A stretch of 63,692 nucleotides of DNA, the filler included. It is 11 parts of 11 records of this genome, joined end to end, with 100 filler letters (N's around TTAATTAATTAA, not from the genome) between each part and the next. Parts side by side here need not be neighbours in the genome. Positions count along the whole stretch, not along the records: positions 30,769 to 38,309 come from SRR15195285_1207; positions 38,410 to 42,626 come from SRR15195285_1211; positions 42,727 to 47,079 come from SRR15195285_1214; positions 47,180 to 51,664 come from SRR15195285_1215; 7 more parts are not named here. One strand, given 5' to 3'. The notes under the pieces are model-generated. The model made no database searches. It was not told where the DNA came from and saw only the letters and a program-made list of their open reading frames with translations. Position 1 is the first letter of the stretch. Every line of letters starts with the position of its first letter. The position numbers and the translations under genes are program-made. This document shows positions 35,266-48,188 of the stretch, piece after piece.

Positions 35266-38158
35266 ATGATGATGGCGATAATTCTGAATGCTGTGCTCCT
35301 GGCTTCCGCTGCTTCCTCTACTAGTGCCTACAAGCCCAGCCAGCGTATGAGCGTTGGCCTGTGGCCAATGCCTGCCGAGGTGCGCCACGCTGGTAGAATC
35401 CGTACTCTAGAGATATCTACCGTAGCATGGCGCATGCCTGCACTGGCCATGCACGTCGCTCGTTGCTGTCGGTCTGCGTTCACCCCGCTCCACCTCCCGC
35501 TCGCCGCTGGGCCAGGTCACGAACGGAAGCACAACAGTATTTGTCGACAGTTCTAGCTGGAAGTTCACCATGGCAGCTGGCACCAAAGCCACGGCCAGCA
35601 TCACTGCAGCGGCTGAGCGCTATACCAGGCTGATCTTCCTGCACGGGCGTGGCACACCACCTCCAGACGAATACGAGGGAACCAAATTGCAGCCGGCCCT
35701 GAGCGGCTGCACCGTCTCCGTCACAAACGAAACTGAGGTGTGCCGCTGCTATGTTTGCCTTGCTCGTCCACTGTCCGTGCTTCACGCACGCAGGCTCAGT
35801 GTGGCTGTGCACTTCCGCTCCGCCAGGTCCTAGGCTACGGCATGGACGAGTCCTATTCCCTCATCATTGGCGCTCCTGGTAGCAGCGGCAGCAACAGCGC
35901 CCTGCCTACGTGCAGTATCACCGCAGGCACCTTTGTCGGCGCCGTCTGGGCCATGGAAACGCTCTCGCAGCTGATACTCAGCGAGGGCGGCTCGCTGCAG
36001 CACCATACGGACGGACACCCACACCAATACAGCATCATGAATGCCCCTTGGGAGATCAAGGACCAGCCACGCTTTCAGTACCGTGGCCTGATGATCGACA
36101 CATCGCGTCATTTTCTGCCAGTCAATGCCATCCGCCGCCAGATCGATGGGCTCTCGTTCAACAGAATGAACGTGCTCCACTGGCACATGACAGACGCGCA
36201 GTCAACCCCGTACGACTCAACGGTCCACCCGAAGCTTAAAGAAGGCGCGTTCTCCGAGGGTGCTGTCTACACACCGAAGGACATCAAGGGTCTCGTAGAG
36301 TATGCACGACTGCGAGGTGTTCACGTCAGTCCATCTAGTCTCAGACACTTTCTCTGTCTGTGTTTTGACCATGCCGGCCGACTTGGGCATGACAGTCCCA
36401 GCCTTGCGCCGTTTTTTAGACTTGCGTTGACCAGTGTGGACGTTCTGGACTGTGCAAACGAATGGCCTGGCAGATCATGATGGAGATTGACATGCCTGGT
36501 CATTCGTTTGCGTTTGGGGTTGGGTATCCGGAGCTGCTGGTGAACTGCAGCGCGATGTACCCACTGGAGACGGAGTTTTGGTGTTCCTCCTTTGATATCT
36601 CGCGCGGTACGTAAGCACCCGTTACCATTCCACGGCCTGAGCTTGCTTTAGAGACGTAGTTTATAGGGAGCTGTACTGTTGCTGCAGTTTCAAAGGCACG
36701 CGGCATTGCAAGAGTCACACGATAATGTTATCTCCAGAAAACACAGCTCTCTCACGTTGAATGAACCTTCGCAGGCGATGAGCTGTACAGCTGGCTGGAG
36801 GCGCTTTTGACTGAGCTCACTGACATGCTGCCGAGTGCTATGTTCCACATCGGCGGAGATGAGGTGCAATACCAATGCTGGGAGAGCTCGCCGAAGATTG
36901 TTGCTTACTTGGCGAAGCGCAACATGACAGGCGTTCAACTGTATCAGGAGTTCGAATACCGCATGTACGTGGGTCCTGGTTGCTGCTACTAACTTGCTGC
37001 TGCTAGCTACCAGCTAAAAATTGTCCCTGATCCAGGTTCGATATTCTGAAGAAGCTCGGCAAGGATGCAGTCACCTGGGACTCGACGTTTCAAACTGGTA
37101 TGAACCTTCCAGCGAACGCTGTTATCCACGACTACCAAGGCGGGAACGCTACTGTCGCGCAGATTGCAAAGGCTGGCGTGCGCGTTATTGTTTCGTCGCT
37201 GGCCGGGGAATATGTCGCTGGTGCGTGCTGAACTCATCCACACAATCGATGCACAGTTATTTGTGTTGTTGCCCTTGTCCCGTAGGGTAGAGGGTTACTG
37301 TAGAGATCTCTCCCCAGCAATACGCAACCTGTTGACTTCATGCACGTGACTCTGTTAAAATATTTTCTGTGCGTGTGTGTGCCGCGCGTGTGTGTGGGTG
37401 CGGGGGATACGCGTGCACAGGCAATCCCGACGACTGGGAGCAGATCTACAGTGAGGATTTCATGCCACCAGGGCTTACTAAGGATGAGGAGAAGAACGTT
37501 CTAGGTGGTGCGACTGGTAAGTCGCTACTCGGCAACATCACCTTAATCTAGGAGGGATTTCAAAGCTGCATCTGAATGCCTAAATCTGTTGTATTATGTG
37601 GTGACCGTCTGCTCGTCTGCACACTCAGCGATGTGGGGCGAGAGGACGGATGATGGCTCCATCGACACGGAAGTCTGGCCGGACACTTGTGCCGCCGCCG
37701 AGCGTCTGTGGTCGTCAGCCGCATTCGATTTCAAGCCAGCAGCTGCACTGCTTCGCCTGATTCCACACCGCTGTAGGATGTACCAGCGCGGCATCCGCGC
37801 AAAATCACTTGACGGTACCTTGACATCTATCCTATCCCTTCCAAATATTGATTTCCTGCGTACTAGACACCGGCCCTAACCTGCTCGTACTGCGTTAATT
37901 GCTGTTTGCACTGTTGCCCCGGCAGATCGTGACGGATTTGGTCGTCGTCGCTTCCAGCAGCAGTGCGAGACGATCCTTCCTCACATGGTCTCGGCGTCCC
38001 TGGTGCGTGAGAAATCAGATCAAGATCATAGCTAGGACTACAGGATATGTGCGCACCCATTCGTGCGGAGTGATCTTGGATGCTTCGTTTTGCAGGCGCC
38101 ACTCTCGGCCATCGTGGACCACAAGAACAACACCAAGCACCGCGCTGATGGCATCTGA
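35266..38158 (+). CDS. Secreted beta-N-acetylhexosaminidase (GH20)
   Basis: Signal peptide, LWPMP, DESYSL, METLSQL, IKDQPRFQYRGLMIDTSRHF, MNVLHWH, EIDMPGH, catalytic FHIGGDEV, MWGE, AAAERLWS. Confidence 0.93.
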
Positions 38159-38309
38159 ACTAGGACTGAGCTTAGGTAAGATTATCGGCTACCAGATTGT
38201 GGACGATCTAAGCCCACCCATGTTGACGTGAATGCATCACCGTTGACATGCTAGTGTTATTTCTAGGCATTTCCTCTGCCTGTCCCCCCCCCCCCCCCCC
38301 CCCCCCCCC

Positions 38310-38409
38310 NNNNNNNNNNNNNNNNNNNNNNNNNNNNNNNNNNNNNNNNNNNNTTAATTAATTAANNNNNNNNNNNNNNNNNNNNNNNNNNNNNNNNNNN
38401 NNNNNNNNN
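38310..38409. other. Artificial contig linker
   Basis: N44-TTAATTAATTAA-N44, preceded by a poly-C run. Confidence 0.98.
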
Positions 38410-38763
38410 AGAGGTACTGTGCTGTAGGGTGCAGCCGAGAGCGGTGTATACGGTGGGGGGCGGAAGCGAGGCCGGGCGATTGCTGGAAGGGTTGCGAGCT
38501 TGGCAGGAGAGTGGTATTCGCAGGGTTGGAAAGTGGCGCCTCCAGAGAGCTCCTACCCCGTGGGCTGGGACGGCAGGCGGGGCGTCTTAAAGAGCCGTGT
38601 CGGCGAAACGCGTGCGCTGTGGGGAGCGGCGGTGTGTGGGTATCTCCTGGGTCGACGACCGGGCGCAGGCTCGAGTGGAACAGTGCGGACAGGTGCGGAG
38701 GAGGCTACGGCCAAGGGGTCTTCGGCGCATTTCGGCATTTCGCAGTGAGCTGTTCGTGCGAGG

Positions 38764-39575
38764 ATGCCGACGTTCGAGGTCGACGATGACCTCACCAATC
38801 CGGACGAGCGTCCTCGGACAGTGATGTCAAACCCGTTGTCGTTGAGCGACGATGAATTAGACACAGGCTCCACTGCAAACGGCAACGTATCGCCAGTTAG
38901 CCCTAAAGATAAATCGGCACTCAGCAACAACGCCTCGCTGATTGCGTCAGAGGCGCGCAACCTGGACATGGCGGAGCGCAAGTGGCTCCAGGACAAGTGG
39001 TTTGCGCTTGATACCTCCGGCGACGGTTTACTGGAGTTGAGAGAAACCAAGGAACTGCTTCGGGACATCAAGAAGAACATGACCGACGCAGAAATGTTGG
39101 ATGCCTTTAAAGAGATGGACTCGGATGGGTGCGGGCGCGTGGACTTCGATGAGTTCTACCTGTGGTTTGCGCACCAGGACGCGGACCAGTTCGCGCACCT
39201 GATGTCGCGCGGAGCGCACCGGGATTTCCTTCGAGGTATGATCGTACTCGGGGTCACCATGTTTCTCCCGTGCATGCTCATCCTCCTGATCTCCGGGCCG
39301 AGTATCGTCGTGAGCTTCCTTCGCATCAGACCCCCCGCCCCCGCAGGAGAACAGGCATGCAACCTGCGCTCACATGGGTTATGCTGCGGGCGTATGTGCC
39401 TCAGGACGACTCCGTGGATTTCCTGTTCTGCCTGATACCCTTGGTTGCCATCCACGCCTTGCTGGGCGCGGCGTTGTTCATGGACGCATTTGCTCCAGTG
39501 ATGAAGGCGAAAGCAAAGGCAGCGCAGCTCAAGTCTCAGGAGGCGGCTTCCAAAGTGGGGAACAAGCTGATGTGA
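38764..39575 (+). CDS. EF-hand pair protein with two C-terminal transmembrane helices
   Basis: EF loops DTSGDGLLELRE and DSDGCGRVDFDEF. Hydrophobic segments GMIVLGVTMFLPCMLILLI and FLFCLIPLVAIHALLGAALF are joined by a GT-AG intron. Confidence 0.8.
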
Positions 39576-39854
39576 CTGAGCGATTCACCGACAGTGCGCG
39601 CAGGATTGCGAGCCCTGGTCGCCGGCTAATGAACTAAAGCCCTGAACAGGCGGTCACGCTTTCAATGCCAGATCATCCGATCGTGTTTCTGGTACTCAGA
39701 CTACCTACCCATTTTGGTATCACCGGCATGATCTCTTGTCTGCATGGGAGAGAATGTCGACTGTGCGAGTCCGAGCAAACCTAGATCAACAAAAAACGCC
39801 ACAGACATGCAATGCATTCGACGCAAATTACACTGGTGTCAACTCATGAGACTA

Positions 39855-42184
39855 TCACAACAGTGCTCCACCATATTTCCCGACCCAGTAGGTCAGCAAC
39901 CCATCGATTGGCGGTAGCTCATGGGCAGGGTCGTTCGCTCCACCAACGAGCACCGTAGGTGATCTTTGCCAAAAATATTCCGAGACAGGGCGCAGCGAAG
40001 GTAGCATAGCAAATTCAGCGACCGACGGGCAAGGCATTTTGCTGCATACACCCGTACGATGTGGAAGCGTACGACTGTCCGAGCTGCGGTTCACAGCACG
40101 CGCCCACTTCCAGTCCGGACCCATTGACGCCATGTCCACGAGCAGCGCCTGTACTGTACCGTTTGCTACGTCTAGTAGTGGGGCACTCATGTGACTATTT
40201 GTAGTGCTGTCTCTGGACTGCTGCTGCTGTGCTTGATGTGGGTTCCGAGCATGCTTGTGGGCAGCGAGGTAAAACGCCGCAAACGAACCTTGCAGGTGCG
40301 TCTTGCCCAGTGCCATCCACTCTTCAAGGTCGCGCATCAGACGCACTTTCATCGTTCCTTCTGTTTCGAGCAGTGTGGTGGTGTACTGCAGTGGCATGTA
40401 TTGTTTCAGTTGAGCATGTGTGGTGGTCTGGTTGTGCAGCACAAAGGACTACACAAAGGAAGTTAGGTATGTCAATTTGTCTTACCAGCATGTTTATGCC
40501 CAGGTTCGCTGGGAAATACATAGTCTCCCACGCACCGTTCTTCAGTCCTGGCACCCTGAAGTCCCCAATGCAACAAGCAGTCTCTGGGTCGCCGGTTTCT
40601 GCCAAGGAAACAGCTTCTGGATACGTGCAGTTGGTGTGGAAGTCGAGCCAGCTGCCAAGTTTACAGCCACCGTGTACTTTCGGCGCGCTGTGCCCGAAAA
40701 CTGGCTCCCATCGTCCTGGGTCAACGCTCAGCCCAATGCGCTGCCACACCGAAATGGTTGTGAGAATTGTGGTTGTGCAATGCGTACATACATCAATCTG
40801 TCAATTTCGTATCAGTGTCTGCACCAGCAAATGGAATGCACTGTCGGGGTACCTGCCAAACAGCGATTAAACCTGCAGTCGGGTTGCCGAGCCCAAACTG
40901 CGCCTGTTGGGACACAAGGCGTCATCATTTCATTTCAGAGAACGCTAAAGCATACAAGTTTACACGCTCGATAGCACCGTGCAATTCCAAGCTTGCTTGC
41001 CTCACCTTGTAGTGCGGACTCTCGATCCACCAGCCAGACTGGTGTCTGTTCCAACAATGCATCGATCGTTCAATCTGTAATGCGTGAAGCGTGTCCTACC
41101 AAATCGCCTTGGCATCAAAAATGTAAGTGTACACAGCAAAACGTACAGGTCTGCGACCATAAGCTTCAACACAGCGGCCTGTTCCGCACCAGGGCTGCTT
41201 ATCGAAATTGTCCTGTTAGCCGTACAGGAGAACAATGATGATGGCAGACAGTTTCGTTTCTCACCACACGCTCTCGGGTGGGCTCGTCGCCGACCAGGGC
41301 GAACGTCGTACCAAGCCCAAGTGCTGCTCCAAAGTACGCATCGCGGCTGACATGGTCCTCGTACGTGTAGTCTTCAAAGGGTGGGGAACCAACGAACGAC
41401 CAACACTGCTTCTTCGAGCGCTCGGCGTTGCTGCCGAGCGCGCAGCCGGAGCTGTTGTAGTCGCGCTGGTACGCAGGGTCTGCAGTGAGTCCCATGAACC
41501 GTCCCATGAAACCAATTTTCCCACTCACACGAGTGAGATTCTCGTAAACACCGACAGTCGCCTGAATGCGCTCAAGCACTTCTGGCTCCTCAGTGAGGTT
41601 GTAGCGATGCACAGCTGCGGCAAGGAAGCTGCCAGTCCAGAGCGCTGAGTCACCAGCATCGCCGTAGCCGACCAGTTTCGCGCGGGAGCGATCGGTATAT
41701 GTCACTTCAACGCTAGCATTATACGCAACGTGATGCTCAAGATAGTTGCGCCACCAACGCTCCGCTGCACCGTCCACCGCTGCAGCCTGGGTACACGCAA
41801 TTTGCAGAGTCGTGCTTCACCGAGAACCAAATGCTGCACTCTCTTATCTAGCTAGTGTGGCGACTACTAGACACAGTAATGCGAGCTACAATCGTGTGTG
41901 GTCACATTTCCTTGGAACAAAACAGGAGCTGAAAGGCCACATATCGATGGAACGCAGAGAGGCTCAGTGCAGACTGAACCAGTGAACCAGTGAACCTCGC
42001 GACCTACCTGGTGCGCCGACAACGCTGGCCAGGCCTCAGGAATCTCGCCTCGTGCGACCTGATGCACCCACTCTGCCTGAGGCTGGGTTAGATTTGCGCC
42101 GTCTGCAGACTTCCAGAGCGCACAGGCACAAGAGAGCAGCATGAAGCTGCTGGCAAGCCAGGCGAGATGGACTACAGACGTCAT
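39855..42184 (-). CDS. Secreted protein of unknown function, probable (alpha/alpha)-barrel glycosidase-like fold
   Basis: Signal peptide MTSVVHLAWLASSFMLLSCACA. Conserved-looking blocks GDSALWTGSFLAAAVHRY, LTRVSGKIGFMGR, YEDHVSRDAYFG, YFPANL, YFWQRSP, PPIDGLLTYW. Multi-exon. Confidence 0.65.
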
Positions 42185-42626
42185 CGCGTGCCACGCTGGC
42201 CTGGCTAAGCGTGTCGACGAACTGTGTTCCGAGTCGCGCTCGTTGCGTACTTGTAGCACAGTTAGAGTTACTACATGTATCTACTAGTAATAGATCTAGC
42301 TTTACTGCTTACGTATTCGAATAGATCTACTACCCGCTAGGAATTCCTACGCGCGCGCGTGCGCTCACGAGTACGAGAGTACTGTATCGAATACCATCCG
42401 AGTACTAGTAGTTTAAGTTAGTGTTCATGAGCATCAGTTCCAATATATTATTCATTTCGATCCGGCGCTTGACTCAGTACAACCTGGGCAGTCCCGCCTC
42501 GAAGGCGGATCCGGAGCGCGCCGGCGGCGCGCGTAAAAATAAGGTTAAAAGCACACAGAAACTGGTTGAACTGCAGACAGCACTAGGCTCACAATATTTG
42601 GTACAGTATTGAAAAGTGAAAATAAC

Positions 42627-42726
42627 NNNNNNNNNNNNNNNNNNNNNNNNNNNNNNNNNNNNNNNNNNNNTTAATTAATTAANNNNNNNNNNNNNNNNNN
42701 NNNNNNNNNNNNNNNNNNNNNNNNNN
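42627..42726. other. Artificial contig linker
   Basis: N44-TTAATTAATTAA-N44. Confidence 0.98.
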
Positions 42727-42829
42727 TCACATTGTACTTACCCGCTACGTGGCCGCACGCCGGCACGCGCGCGTACGTACGCGACCGACGAGCGCGCCCG
42801 TGCCGTGACGGACGACGTACGGTCGCATC

Positions 42830-45125
42830 ATGTGGAAAGCTTTTCTGGCCAGCGTTTCCGTGGTAGCTATCGTGGGTCACCCGCAGGAGGTGGTCGCCGG
42901 GCTGCCAGGTCAGGTCTCCGTAGCTGTGGATGCGTCTGAAGCAGAGCTGTGGGCAGCAGACCGTCTCGCAAGCCTTCTGGGCGTGCCCAAGCGAGATTCC
43001 AAGGTGGGAATTCACCAAATTGCCGTCGGGTACGACGCTGCAGTCGCCATTGGGGTCAAGCATGCTGCCCTTGACAGCCTGGACGACGATTCGTATCTCA
43101 TTAGCACCTCCGAAAGTCGCGGGGTGCCATCTGGCAGTGCGGTCATCGCTTCAAGCGCCCACAGTGCACGTGGAAGCATCTATGGGGCGTTTGATTTTTT
43201 ACGCAGTCTAGGCTTCGAGTTTTTTGCTGACAACGTCACGCGCACCCCCCAGCCAATGCCCAGCGAGCTGCCGAAAGTCGATACGGTGTACAGCCCCACC
43301 TTTGTGTATCGCGATCTGACGATGTCATCACCAGGCATCGGAAGCAACTTGGATCGAGTACACGTGCGCACGAACAACTGCACCGCTGTGGCAAAAGCCA
43401 ACCACTGGACGGGAGGTGCATGCGAAGGCAAAGGGATCTGGCGTCCTGGGCACAACCTCAGTGCGACTCTCGGACTGAATGGCCATTGGAGTTTTGGGCC
43501 AGTTGGTGGCTTCGTGGGCCCTAACGACCCACCAGGGTTTGTAGCAACAGCATACAATCTGCTGACGCCCAGTCTTGATTCAGACGCTAGCGACTGCTCA
43601 GGACCTGGGACGAACGAGCCGCACCCGCAGAATACTATCTGCCCGGCAGTGTTTCGGAAGCACCCACAGTGGTTCACCTGTGGTCAACCGGCGGCACCTT
43701 GCACTGCCACAACCGTGAATCGTACATATAATTCACAGCCATGCTGGTCTTCGCCTGGGGTGAAAGAGACGATGACACAGAACATCCTCAAAATTCTACG
43801 GGCAGATCCGACGGCAGCACTCATTTCGGTGAGCAACATGGATGGTGGCGTATCGTACTCCCCCTGTGCCTCAGACATGTCAGCAGCTGTGGCTGAGAAC
43901 GCGACTGGCGCTGCGAACTTCTACGTCGTGCGCGATATTGCCGCAACAATCGCTAACGAATTTCCGAAGACCAAAATCGAAGTTTTGGCATACAATGGCG
44001 CCTGGCAGCCACCAAAACACCTTGTGTTCGCGGACAACGTCATTGTGCGGATCGCTGGCTATAACCTCGGGTTCGTCTCACTCTATCATCCCGACAACGC
44101 GCAAAATCTGGCCGTGACAAAGGGCTGGCTCCAACATGCGAAGACTGTCTATGTTTGGAACGAAGTCAACAATGGCCAGATCCTTCCACACGGGGATGTC
44201 ACAGCGCAGGCCCTACATCTCAAAGAACTAGCAGCACTTGGTGTCACTGGCTACTTTGCGGAGGGGTCTGCCATTCCGGGCGCAGATATGCATGATCTCC
44301 GTGTCTTCCTCGCCGGCCGGCTGACCTTCAACGCGAGCCTTAGTGTTGATGAGTTGGTGGAGAGCTTCTTGCATGAGTACTACGGCGGCGGAGTATCGGC
44401 TCAGAAGGTTGGTGAATACATCAAACTGATAAGCACTGCTTTTCAGACCGCCAACCGTTCATTGGACTTCACCGGCCGGCCGATGGATCCATTGGAGGCT
44501 CGTTACCTAGGTACAGTGAGTGAGATGAACCCTCCGTAGCGTTCGTACTGGACGTCTGTCGTCCGCTCATGGCTGGCTCGACCTTGCTGCTTTTCAACTT
44601 GTCGTCGAGTGTGTGTTTCGATACTTGGTGTAACACGACTGTTGTGCTTGGCAGGGCCCCAACAGTTCTGTCTTCAGCAATCAGACGCTATTGGCCGGGG
44701 CGTCGCTGCTCACCGCTGCTCTGCAGGCTGCCCCAGCTGAGCTGTACCATCAGCGTGTCGCACAAGACCTGATGCATCTCCAGTACTGCATTCTTGTGCG
44801 GTGGGACAGCCTCCGTCAGCACGCGCACGCCACCGGTACACCCTGGCCGCTGCACGACACGAAGGATGCAGAGTTTGAGAGTTTCGCCTCTGCCTACAAC
44901 GATTCAGGCATCGTCTCCTTCACAGAGACGCGCAAGTACCCACCTCGGTGCCATGGTCTCTCACCATGCTGGACACCGATGAAAATGACGCTGCAGAGCT
45001 TCCACGACGAATTATTTGGCACTAGCGAGGACTCGTGGTTTGAGGTTGACAGCAAACAGTTGGCGCGGATGCAGCACGCGGCACGTGGAGTTGCAACACC
45101 GCGGATATCAATGCGAGCGAAGTGA
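42830..45125 (+). CDS. Secreted DUF4838-domain protein with GH20/GH67-type N-terminal domain
   Basis: Signal peptide, LDDDSYLI, RGSIYGAFDFLRSLG, PTFVYRD, FRKHPQWF, QPCWSSP, ISVSNMD, IEVLAY..PPK, GVTGYFAEG, FLHEYYG. One intron at ~44511-44654. Confidence 0.78.
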
Positions 45126-45634
45126 AGTCGGGCTGCTGTAGCCGGCTGGCAAAGGCGCGCGCACTAAGCATGACATCGCCGCTCGTCGGCGTCGTCTTGA
45201 AGGCAGAGGTTGAAGTGTTGTGCGGGCTTCTTGAAATGGGCAAGCGCCAAAGGTGCGTCGGTCCAACACAGCCACCCAGTTCGTAAAAAGCAGCGCTAAG
45301 TTTGGCAAAACGACTCCGCTACGAGTAGTCGGAGACCACGTCTTTCAATGTCTACATTTAGATATTGAAGACGTAAATGTACCGAGACAGTTGCCCAGTA
45401 TTAAAGCAGCTTGTGGGCCAAAGCCATATTGCCCACACAGTACGACTGATACTTGGGCAAAAAGGAGACTAGTCAAAATGCCTATTGCCCAGTGGCCAGC
45501 AGGCGCACAACGATTGGTAGATCGTTGAGTGGTGCTTCATTGACATGAGTTTTTCCGTGGTGCTGCACTCAAAGTACACGTTTCCTTAGTTGCACCGGAA
45601 GGTGCTAGATCAGCACGTGACATTGAAAATCGCA

Positions 45635-46825
45635 TCAGCGACCATGGTATGTCTCGTTCACAAGTTGGAATGTAGCCGTCACTTTCTCAAGGATATCGTC
45701 GCGGTCTGTGTCGTGCAGTCTGGCTCCAAACTTCTGTACAAACTTGTCGGGGTGCCATCGCAGTGACGCTGCGCGAAAGGCCTTCTTTTTCTCGGCTCCT
45801 GTGGCGTCCTGGCCTCTGTTAGGCAGTAGCAGCACATTATCCTTGGGAGGAAAGGGGATATCCAATAGACCGATCTCTGCAATGGTACCGTCGTCAACGT
45901 CCGCCTCGAAGCCCGCCCATGCGTTCACGTGCTTTTTCATCTTGCGCGGAGCTTGCCGGGCCTGCTTCAGCTTGGCACGCTCCCGCGCCACCATGTCTGC
46001 TTGCAGATTTCTGCCGACGGCGCGTCTAGCCTCTTCCATCAGACCACTGATTTTTTCTTGCTGGCCATGTCGTCGCTCTTCCCAATGCCGCTGTTCGTTT
46101 GCTGCCCTGACGTGCTGCTTGCGCATCTGACTCGCCAACGTCTCTAAATGCTTCCGCATGCGAATCGGATCGGCCGCCAGCTCCGCTGAGGAAAGCGCCT
46201 CGTTCCCCTTCCGCCTGGGTGGCTCCCCACCACCAACGCCTACCCGCGCCCCCCCAGCAGCATTCTTCTGCCGGGCACGGCTGCGCAACATTGACCGCTC
46301 CAAGTTCGGGCGCGCAGTGACCGGACTCCTTGGTTCCGCGAGGCCTGGCCTTGCCGCCGGAGTCCGCTTGGCCGCCTTGGGCACTCGCGCTGAATGAAAC
46401 CCATCTCTGCTAGGCGGGTGCGGCATCGCCGCGGACTTTTTCCGCGCACCCGCGCCGCCTCCGCCGGTGAATGCTGCACGCTCCGCCCGTCGCCGCTCGC
46501 GGGCAGAAGGCACGGACGTCCCGGCGCCACCGCGCTGCTCCCCCAGAGCCTCGTCGATCTTCGCCTCCGCCTGGTAGCGTATTTTGGTATACAGCCGCTC
46601 CTGCCGCTCGGTGAACCCCGCCACCTGCTTGGCAGGCTTCACCCTCAAGTTGCTCGCCACCGTACTCCGCCGCCCGGACCGCGTGAAGTTCCCGCCCCCG
46701 GGCAGCAAACTCGGCCGTTTCACCCCACCCCTCTCCAGGTCGCCTCTCAATCCCGTCGGGTCCGCCAGCCCCACTGGCTCCCGCACCACGTCCACCGGCG
46801 AGATCAGCGGTGAGGTGGACGCCAT
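45635..46825 (-). CDS. Basic low-complexity protein with C-terminal NFKBIL1-like J-like domain
   Basis: WAGFE..LLDIPFP..KKKAFRAASLRWHPDKFVQKFGARL...ILEKVTATFQLVN. Single exon. Confidence 0.75.
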   Translation of the reverse strand: MASTSPLISPVDVVREPVGLADPTGLRGDLERGGVKRPSLLPGGGNFTRSGRRSTVASNLRVKPAKQVAGFTERQERLYTKIRYQAEAKIDEALGEQRGGAGTSVPSARERRRAERAAFTGGGGAGARKKSAAMPHPPSRDGFHSARVPKAAKRTPAARPGLAEPRSPVTARPNLERSMLRSRARQKNAAGGARVGVGGGEPPRRKGNEALSSAELAADPIRMRKHLETLASQMRKQHVRAANEQRHWEERRHGQQEKISGLMEEARRAVGRNLQADMVARERAKLKQARQAPRKMKKHVNAWAGFEADVDDGTIAEIGLLDIPFPPKDNVLLLPNRGQDATGAEKKKAFRAASLRWHPDKFVQKFGARLHDTDRDDILEKVTATFQLVNETYHGR

Positions 46826-47079
46826 CAGCCGGTCCCCAGCCCACCACTGGCTGATGTGGCGGCAGGGCACGGCGGGTAGAGGGCACGGCGAGGGCACGGC
46901 GAGTACTGTGCCGTACAGTGACACACACCTCTCTCTCGCGCACGCCACGCCGGAAGTTGCCCACGCACCAACGGTCGTGCGGTGCCCCCCGCTATATCAG
47001 ATTGTAACGTGAACTTGTTTTCGAACTATAGTAGGTACTGGTATTGTGCGCGATGCTTCTTTTGGCGACCTCGGGAAAT

Positions 47080-47179
47080 NNNNNNNNNNNNNNNNNNNNN
47101 NNNNNNNNNNNNNNNNNNNNNNNTTAATTAATTAANNNNNNNNNNNNNNNNNNNNNNNNNNNNNNNNNNNNNNNNNNNN
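47080..47179. other. Artificial contig linker
   Basis: N44-TTAATTAATTAA-N44. Confidence 0.98.
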
Positions 47180-47234
47180 AACCCTGGCTGCTACTGCGCA
47201 TGCTTGCTTGCGACAATGCTTGCGCTTTGTGCAG

Positions 47235-48029
47235 CTGACTTTCACCAGCGGCTTTGGAACGCCGATCGCGTCCCAGTTCGTGCCGCCCTGGTACAATTGG
47301 GCGGAGACAGCCAACGCGGGCGACACGGCAGGGCCGGACGGCGGCATTGTGCTCCCGGCAGGGCCGGACGACTGCGATATTTACACCGGTAACTACACTG
47401 CGGGTGGGTTTACGCCGCCGCACTGGGGTGTTGTGTCAGGCGTGAACAACATGCGCGTGGCGAACGTCGGGCAGCCGGACGCCGGCTGCGCGCTGGAGGA
47501 GAAGGAAGGCAAGATTGGTCCCTGCGCGCTGCTCTGCTGCGCCTACTGCAAGGCCGACAAGGACTGCGTGATGGCCGAGCTCGCTAACGGTGGCAACTGC
47601 GCGCTGAAGCACGTGTCGTCGAAGGCGCCCTTCGGGCCGCCGCAGATGGCCAAGGCGGTGACGATGGTCATGCCGCGCGGTCGGGTCGTGCCACCCAGCC
47701 CGCCGGGACCGCCAGCACCGCCGGCACCAGCACCGCCGCCGCCAGCGCCTGGGCCAGCGCCACCGAGCACGGACTGTACTTTTCTGCCAGATATTCAGCT
47801 CTACGACCCTGGCAGCAAGCACACCGTGGCACCCGTCCCCGCCGCGAGCGAGCAGGAGTGCTGCGGCATCTGCAAGGCATATCAAGGCAAGGCGAAATGC
47901 TACGGGGCTGAGCTCTACGGCGGCTCGTGCTACGTCAAGACCGCACAGCTGCCGCATGTCAAGCAGCTGCCTCCCAAGGGCGTGAAGCTGGTGGCCTGTG
48001 TGCTGCGCAACAACACCGGCACGGACTAA
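47235..48029 (+). CDS. Last exon of an extracellular Cys-rich protein with two Apple/PAN-like modules and a Pro linker
   Basis: LCCAYCKADKDCVMAEL..NCALK, then PPSPPGPPAPP linker, then CTFLPD..SEQECCGIC..KCYGAELYGGSCYVK. Confidence 0.7.
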   Translation: MTFTSGFGTPIASQFVPPWYNWAETANAGDTAGPDGGIVLPAGPDDCDIYTGNYTAGGFTPPHWGVVSGVNNMRVANVGQPDAGCALEEKEGKIGPCALLCCAYCKADKDCVMAELANGGNCALKHVSSKAPFGPPQMAKAVTMVMPRGRVVPPSPPGPPAPPAPAPPPPAPGPAPPSTDCTFLPDIQLYDPGSKHTVAPVPAASEQECCGICKAYQGKAKCYGAELYGGSCYVKTAQLPHVKQLPPKGVKLVACVLRNNTGTD

Positions 48030-48188
48030 ATTATGTTTTGACACTACTCGTCTGCTGCTCAGCCCACAGAGGCATCGCCCTCCTGCAAACAGAGCAGGCG
48101 CAAACCCGTCGTTTCCTACTATTGCCTCCCTAGTTCTCGCTTCGCCGCCTCTCCCCAGCCCGAAGCCCTGCGCAATTGCAGTGTGCGT

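Noticed and set aside
38284-38309. Poly-C runs at contig ends (also 15321-15339)
   Set aside because: Homopolymers at assembly breaks, likely a sequencing or assembly effect. No function can be supported.
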